From NCBI RefSeq assembly GCF_018977255.1, contig NW_024705302.1, forward strand, positions 1-55,597: a stretch of 55,597 nt of DNA. The letters are read 5' to 3'. The DNA is from Callorhinchus milii (Eukaryota). Both the position numbers and the translations under genes were made by a program. Below, piece after piece: positions 50,621 through 55,597 of the stretch. Under the pieces are notes generated by a model. It searched no databases. It had not been told where the DNA came from and worked only from the letters and a program-made list of their open reading frames with translations. Each line of letters opens with the position of its first letter. Position 1 is the stretch's first letter.

Positions 50621-52625
50621 ACCCACAATTCCCTTCAGGAGTGCAAACATGGGTGCGAGTGGATGTGTGATGTGTCAAGACCTGCCGGGTGTGCGATATG
50701 TACCAACTTGCCCGAGGGTGCCGTGGATCTGTGTCCGGTGGAGGAGATGGAAGTCGGCCCGACGGGAGCTGAGGAGGTTGAAGTCGCAGCGGTAATCCCG
50801 GGCGAAATGGCCTCGTCGGCCACACTTAAAACATGTGGCTGCCGCCGCCGGCGATCGGTCCCCGCTCGTGGACGTCCGGCCCTGTCACGCTGCTCGCGCG
50901 GCAGCGTTTCGGGACCCAGCGAGGAACAGCTGCCATCACCTCGTCGTCGTTGGAGTCGTTGGAGCCGTGGACGACACGACGTGGAGCCCATCCCAACAGT
51001 GGCCCGTATATCTCAGGATCTCTCGTCCATGCAGCCATCTGGTCCCAGCGTTTGAGGTTGAACTTGGCGTCCAAACAGCGCGCCGCCCATCGAGACATTA
51101 GCGGTTCGTGGCCGCACACCGGTAATGATATGTTAAGTTCCTGGGACAACTCAATCATTCTAGAAAGGATAAGAGGATCCAGGAGATCGGCTGACCATGG
51201 CAAGCGCCAACAGCGCCCCTCGGTAGGCCAAGGGCGATTCATCCGCTCCTCGACGCCACTGCATGAATTTCCTGGTAGCCGCCATCGGCGGCTCGTAGAA
51301 CTCCGCCATTTCCGCGAAGCGTCACGCAGCGTCTTTTTCTTACTCGCCGAGATGGAGCGGAAGACTGCCAAGGAGACGTCGTCCAATAGCGTGGGCAGAG
51401 CCTCCAGCGCTTCTGCCTCCGTCCATCGCACCGACCGAAAGGCTGACTCGAACCGCCACGTGAACGCGCATCAGTCGCCCCCGGTGACAAATTCTTTAAT
51501 TTGAGGAAGGCGATGGCCGCGGTGAATATCCGAGGCCTTGGGCGTGTCAGATCCCGCTCCCCGCGCAGCACGCGGCTCCGTCAAGATGGCGTCCGGTGGC
51601 CGCGTGGCAGCAGCCCCGCCCAAAATGGAGGCCTCTCACTCCGCGGCAGGAGTAATGGCGGACGGCGTTTCCCGCTGAAGATCTTGGTCATCGGCCCTTG
51701 GGTGAGTTCCACATGGCCGACCGAGGGCCGCTGATGACGCGACCGCCATTGAAAGATTTAGCAGGATCGCACGGAGCGACTCTATCTGCTCCGCCACCCG
51801 ACGTCACCCCTCGTCCACAGCCAGAGACGTCGCCTCGCCGGCCTGTCGTCGATGCGTGGTGTCGGGGAGAGCGGCAGACGGCGGTAGAGGACTCGTGGCT
51901 CCCAGCAGCTCGTCCTCATCCGCCTCGACATCTTCATCCGATGGAGGATCCGGTGGGTTTCTTTTCTTGAGGTGCTTGATCTCAAGAAGCACTTCTGTCA
52001 CCAATGTAATAAAGGTCGTGGAAGCGACTTCTGGAATCCGGTCTTTATTTGTCTTTTGTTCACAACACTCCTATCTTACTCCTTCACGCTGCTGACAGAC
52101 AGCGTGAGAGGGAAAGAGAGAGAGAGAGACACGCGCGGCCACGTGGCAGCCTGGACCCCGCTCCAGCGTGGCCTCACCCTCCGTTCCAGATCTGACCACG
52201 TGTTGTCCATCTCCACCCCTTTTAATACCCAGGTCACGTGGTACCTTTCCACCAATCCTGGTTAACCTCTATGGAATCTTCTAGACTCCATCGTACGTTC
52301 CCAGGACCGCGCCCCTGACTCGTCCCCCCATTGGCTGTGGCTAAAGCCAGCAGATCCAATCCTTACTTACAGATGTCACCTTCCCATTACGTCAGGGCCA
52401 CGCCCCTAGACTTCCCCCATCGGCTATGGGCCAGGACCGGTAGAGCCAATCATCGTAACGAGGTGTGATCCATCAGCAACCCGGATATATCCTCACATTG
52501 CAATTGTATGAAGTTATGCAAGTGTATATAATTATGCGAATTAGGCTCTGCTGCGTTGTCTCGGGTGTATTACCAATCGTGATAATACATTGATTGATTT
52601 AAAGCTTTTGTGACTGCAGGAATTC

Positions 52626-52721
52626 ATATTCTTTGGATCTTTCGGTGAAGTCACGTAGATAGGTTTTTGTTATTTTCTTTGAACCTATCAACGTGACTTT
52701 ACCGAAAGACCTAAAGAATAT
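52626..52721. repeat. 96-bp hairpin made of two inverted 40-bp termini of the same Penelope-like repeat
   Basis: 52626-52665 pairs with 52682-52721. Confidence 0.85.
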
Positions 52722-52979
52722 AATACAGTCTTTCTCGCTTGAACGTTTACCGATTATGTTTTAGTGTGTTTATGTCAGATCTCAAAATTCAGATCTCACC
52801 GCAGGATACAGTTCTTATAATTATGATTATTACGCATGAACTTAGGAAGGGACACTCAGACTCTTCTACGTTAAGTAACTTTAATATCTTAAAACAAAAC
52901 ACTCTAATATGCAAACTCTTATGCTAAGAATTGTCATTCCAGTACTCCTGGAAATGTCCTACTCATTGATCCGTACAAT

Positions 52980-54485
52980 CAGAGGCGTAGCTAGGGGGGT
53001 ACATGTGTCCCTGGGCGCCAAGGTAAAGGGGCGCCAAAATGAGGCTTACAACATTACATTATACCTTATTGCGGCGGGCGCGGCAGCCTGAAACTACAGC
53101 ACAAATCAACACCTCAACCTAAAAGTTTATATATCCCGCCACACACAGCCTACATGTCATGTAATTACATTTTGGTACGCGCGCCTATTAAGAACTTACA
53201 TGGAAGAACGTCCCAAACAATAGACAGGCGCAGTCTTTCAGCCTTAGTCACTGGCCTGTTTTTTGGTGGCGGAAACTACGACGGCCTGAAACACGCTGGA
53301 GTGCACGATCACAAGCTGTTAAAGCTATCTATGAAGGACTGGATGAACTAGTAGGGCTGCTAGACAAATTATCGGAGGACGTAACTATGACGCCTGAAAC
53401 CAGAAGTGATGCAGAACAGTTGCAGGCATGCGTATTCAATTTTTACTTCATAGTTTTATTACATTTCTGGAATGTCATTCTTGGAAAAAAAATTCGTGTT
53501 CAGAAGCGCTTACAGGATCCTACTATGAATTTTAAGCAAGCAGCAACTGATCTTGAATCTTTGGAGCATGAATTTGTCAAGCTTCGTGATGATTTGAGCC
53601 AAGTTGCTGTAGAAAACGCCAAAACAAGATGCACAGCCTGGGGGATCGATGTGGACAGAAGAATTAGGCGACGTCGGAAGATGCCAGGAGAACTGGCAAG
53701 AGATGCAGGACTTTCAGCAGAAGAAGAAATTGTGCGCGTTATGAAGAGCGTATTTTATCGACTTCAACAGAGATGTCAACACGGTTTTTACGACTAAAAG
53801 ACCTGCACACAAAATTTGGATTTCTGCTGGACGTCAAAACTCTTCTATCCGACACAGATGTCGATGCAATTCGTCGAAATTGCACAGATTTTGGAAATTT
53901 CTATGACACCGACATCAATGGCTACGAACTTTTCACAGAAATTGGAGATTGCAAAATGCTGCTCAGTAACCGGAATGAAGTTCTACCAGTAACTCCTTTG
54001 GATCTTCTTGGTTTTATTGTGTTTTATGGAGACGACATATTTCCGAATTTGCAAATTTCACTGCAAATTTTATTAACAATAGCAGTTTCAATTGCAAGCT
54101 GTGAGCGGTCGTTCAGCAAATTGAAACTTATTTTGTCGTATTGGCGTGCTTCAATGGGACAAGATCGTCTCAGCGATCTTGCTCTTCTTAGCGTTGAAAG
54201 AGAAACATTGGAAAAAACAGATGTTGATTACGTGATTGACCAGTTTGCGACAGTGAAATCAAGAAAAAATAATCTTTTGTAGACTGTCAACCAGTCTACG
54301 ACAGTGACTGAGTGAGCCATGTAATATAATTTCTATAAATTTGCTTCTTAAATACAATGTTTCATTAAAATTAAATTGTTATTCCTTATTCGATGTAATA
54401 GGAAAATGTGATTAAATGGGGGGGGGGGGGGGGCGCCAATTTTATAGTTCGTCCCCGGGCGCAAAATATCCTAGCTACGCCTCTG
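52980..54485 (+). mobile_element. hAT-superfamily DNA transposon, internally deleted
   Basis: Perfect 16-bp TIRs CAGAGGCGTAGCTAGG; perfect 8-bp TSD CGTACAAT (52972-52979, 54486-54493). Confidence 0.96.
53340..54282 (+). pseudogene. hAT transposase C-terminal remnant (dimerisation domain), frameshifted at ~53775
   Basis: FPNL...LLTIAVSIASCERSFSKLKLILSYWRASMGQDRLSDLALLSVE. Confidence 0.9.
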
Positions 54486-55144
54486 CGTACAATTAGCCCT
54501 CAATGGTTACGTTTATTAACTGGATAACAGAACAATCGGCTAATTCCTCAGAGTAAAGCGACCATACACGCTGATAGAAAAAAGTCCTTAAGAATCTGTT
54601 TCAGTATTCATACGAACAGTAGTAAAGAAACATGTGCCCAAGGCCAAAGTAGTTTTCAAATGAATTCATTGGTAAGATGATGCAATTGATCGAAATGCCC
54701 TGGAACAATAGTGTGCGGCAGTGTGCCTGTTTGCCTTATATATGCTTATCAATTGGCTAATGGGCTTGAATTGATCCGTGGGCAAGATTCCGTGATCAAA
54801 AGAAATAAATCTCAACACAATAGTATTCCTGTGAGTGTGTAGATTCATAACATCGATGCTAATAAATGTTTAGCGTCAATTAATGTATTGCTAAAGCTAT
54901 GCAATTAACGAACCGATTGACTAAAATACTTCTATACGACCATATTCAAGCAGCTCAATGGACCGAACAATGTTTTCCATGATCAGCTAATAGTTAACGC
55001 ACCACCTTAGAATGGCCCTTTTCGAAACAAAGATCACTTTTGGAGCAATATTATTAGTCCCGATTTGTGTGTTGTGTGTGTGGGTGTATTGTCTTCGTGC
55101 TCAACTCTTTGAGTGAAGCCCGCGCCGAGGTGGGGCTTTCCTTG

Positions 55145-55597
55145 TGTAATGCGGGCATAAACGACCTCCCGGAAGTGACGTCATGGGGGGAGGAGTTACG
55201 TCACGTGGGAGAGGGGGTTCAGGGCTATAAGGGGAGAAACCGGAAGAGGAGGGGGAGTGATCGGAGACTAGGAAAGGGTGAGGCCACGCAAGGCGGAGGT
55301 GAGAGAGAGAGTGGCGAGATCGCCACATACCCGGACCACGAGGTTCGGCTCCGTCGGCCAACGGTGACCGACCCGAGCAGCAGGAGCAGCGAGGAGGCTG
55401 CAGAGAGCAGCGGGTCTGAAAAAGGGGAGTTGAGCAGCGAAGGTCTGCACGAGGAGTTCAGCAGCGGGCTGCTAGGAGGGAAAGTGGCTATGTGAGCGAC
55501 AGCAACCTGGGGCTGCCGAACGAAGAGTATCTAGGGGAGTGCCGTGAGGGAAAAGCATAAGAACCCAAATAAAGGACACGGAGACAGAGAGAGCGTC
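55145..55597 (+). promoter_or_regulatory. Promoter- or LTR-like segment running off the window end
   Basis: TGTAAT start, composite CCGGAAGTGACGTCA (ETS-CRE, 55169-55183), CACGTG, CTATAAG at ~55225, AATAAA at ~55568. Confidence 0.4.

Larger units (their letters stand above)
47332..52502 (-). mobile_element. Degenerate, internally deleted Ty3/Gypsy element (element 3)
   Basis: LTRs 47332-47810 and 52005-52502; TSD ATTG (47328-47331, 52503-52506); PBS TGGTGACAGAAGT; G-rich PPT; frameshifted gag (CFKCGRRGHFARD), RNase H (TDHAAL) and integrase (LDILGPF, GMVER); protease and RT absent. Confidence 0.93.

Noticed and set aside
1..55597. Lamprey VLR/LRR cassettes, bacterial defence systems, or Fanzor/TnpB-like nucleases
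   Set aside because: No LRR, RuvC, Cas or operon-like signatures in any readable ORF.

Overview
Repeat-dense eukaryotic genomic DNA, probably vertebrate. V-SINE cores, GC-rich Ty3/Gypsy elements and a KRAB-less C2H2 gene suggest a lamprey or fish, which is inference only. Mobile elements: three Ty3/Gypsy LTR retrotransposons with both LTRs and TSDs (491-7243, 31811-40167, 47332-52502), one truncated relative, two probable solo LTRs, two RTE-type LINE fragments, two V-SINEs, an internally deleted hAT transposon, a DINE-1/Helentron-like element and Tc1/pogo-type TIRs. There are four tandem arrays and one C2H2 zinc-finger gene (46068-~46780). That gene has a CRE-containing upstream promoter/first exon (~41290-41430), and a paralogous module lies at ~12770-13010. 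The strongest biological signal is a dispersed repeat family with 8 terminal copies; several carry minimal type I hammerhead ribozyme motifs with a covarying stem II, as in Penelope-like elements. The strongest anomaly is 14505-25136, 10.6 kb of random-looking DNA with no repeats and no recognisable ORF. It lies between an N-gap and a TATA/CCAAT promoter whose ATG sits exactly at the junction. It looks scrambled or artefactual, and I cannot support any biological system inside it.
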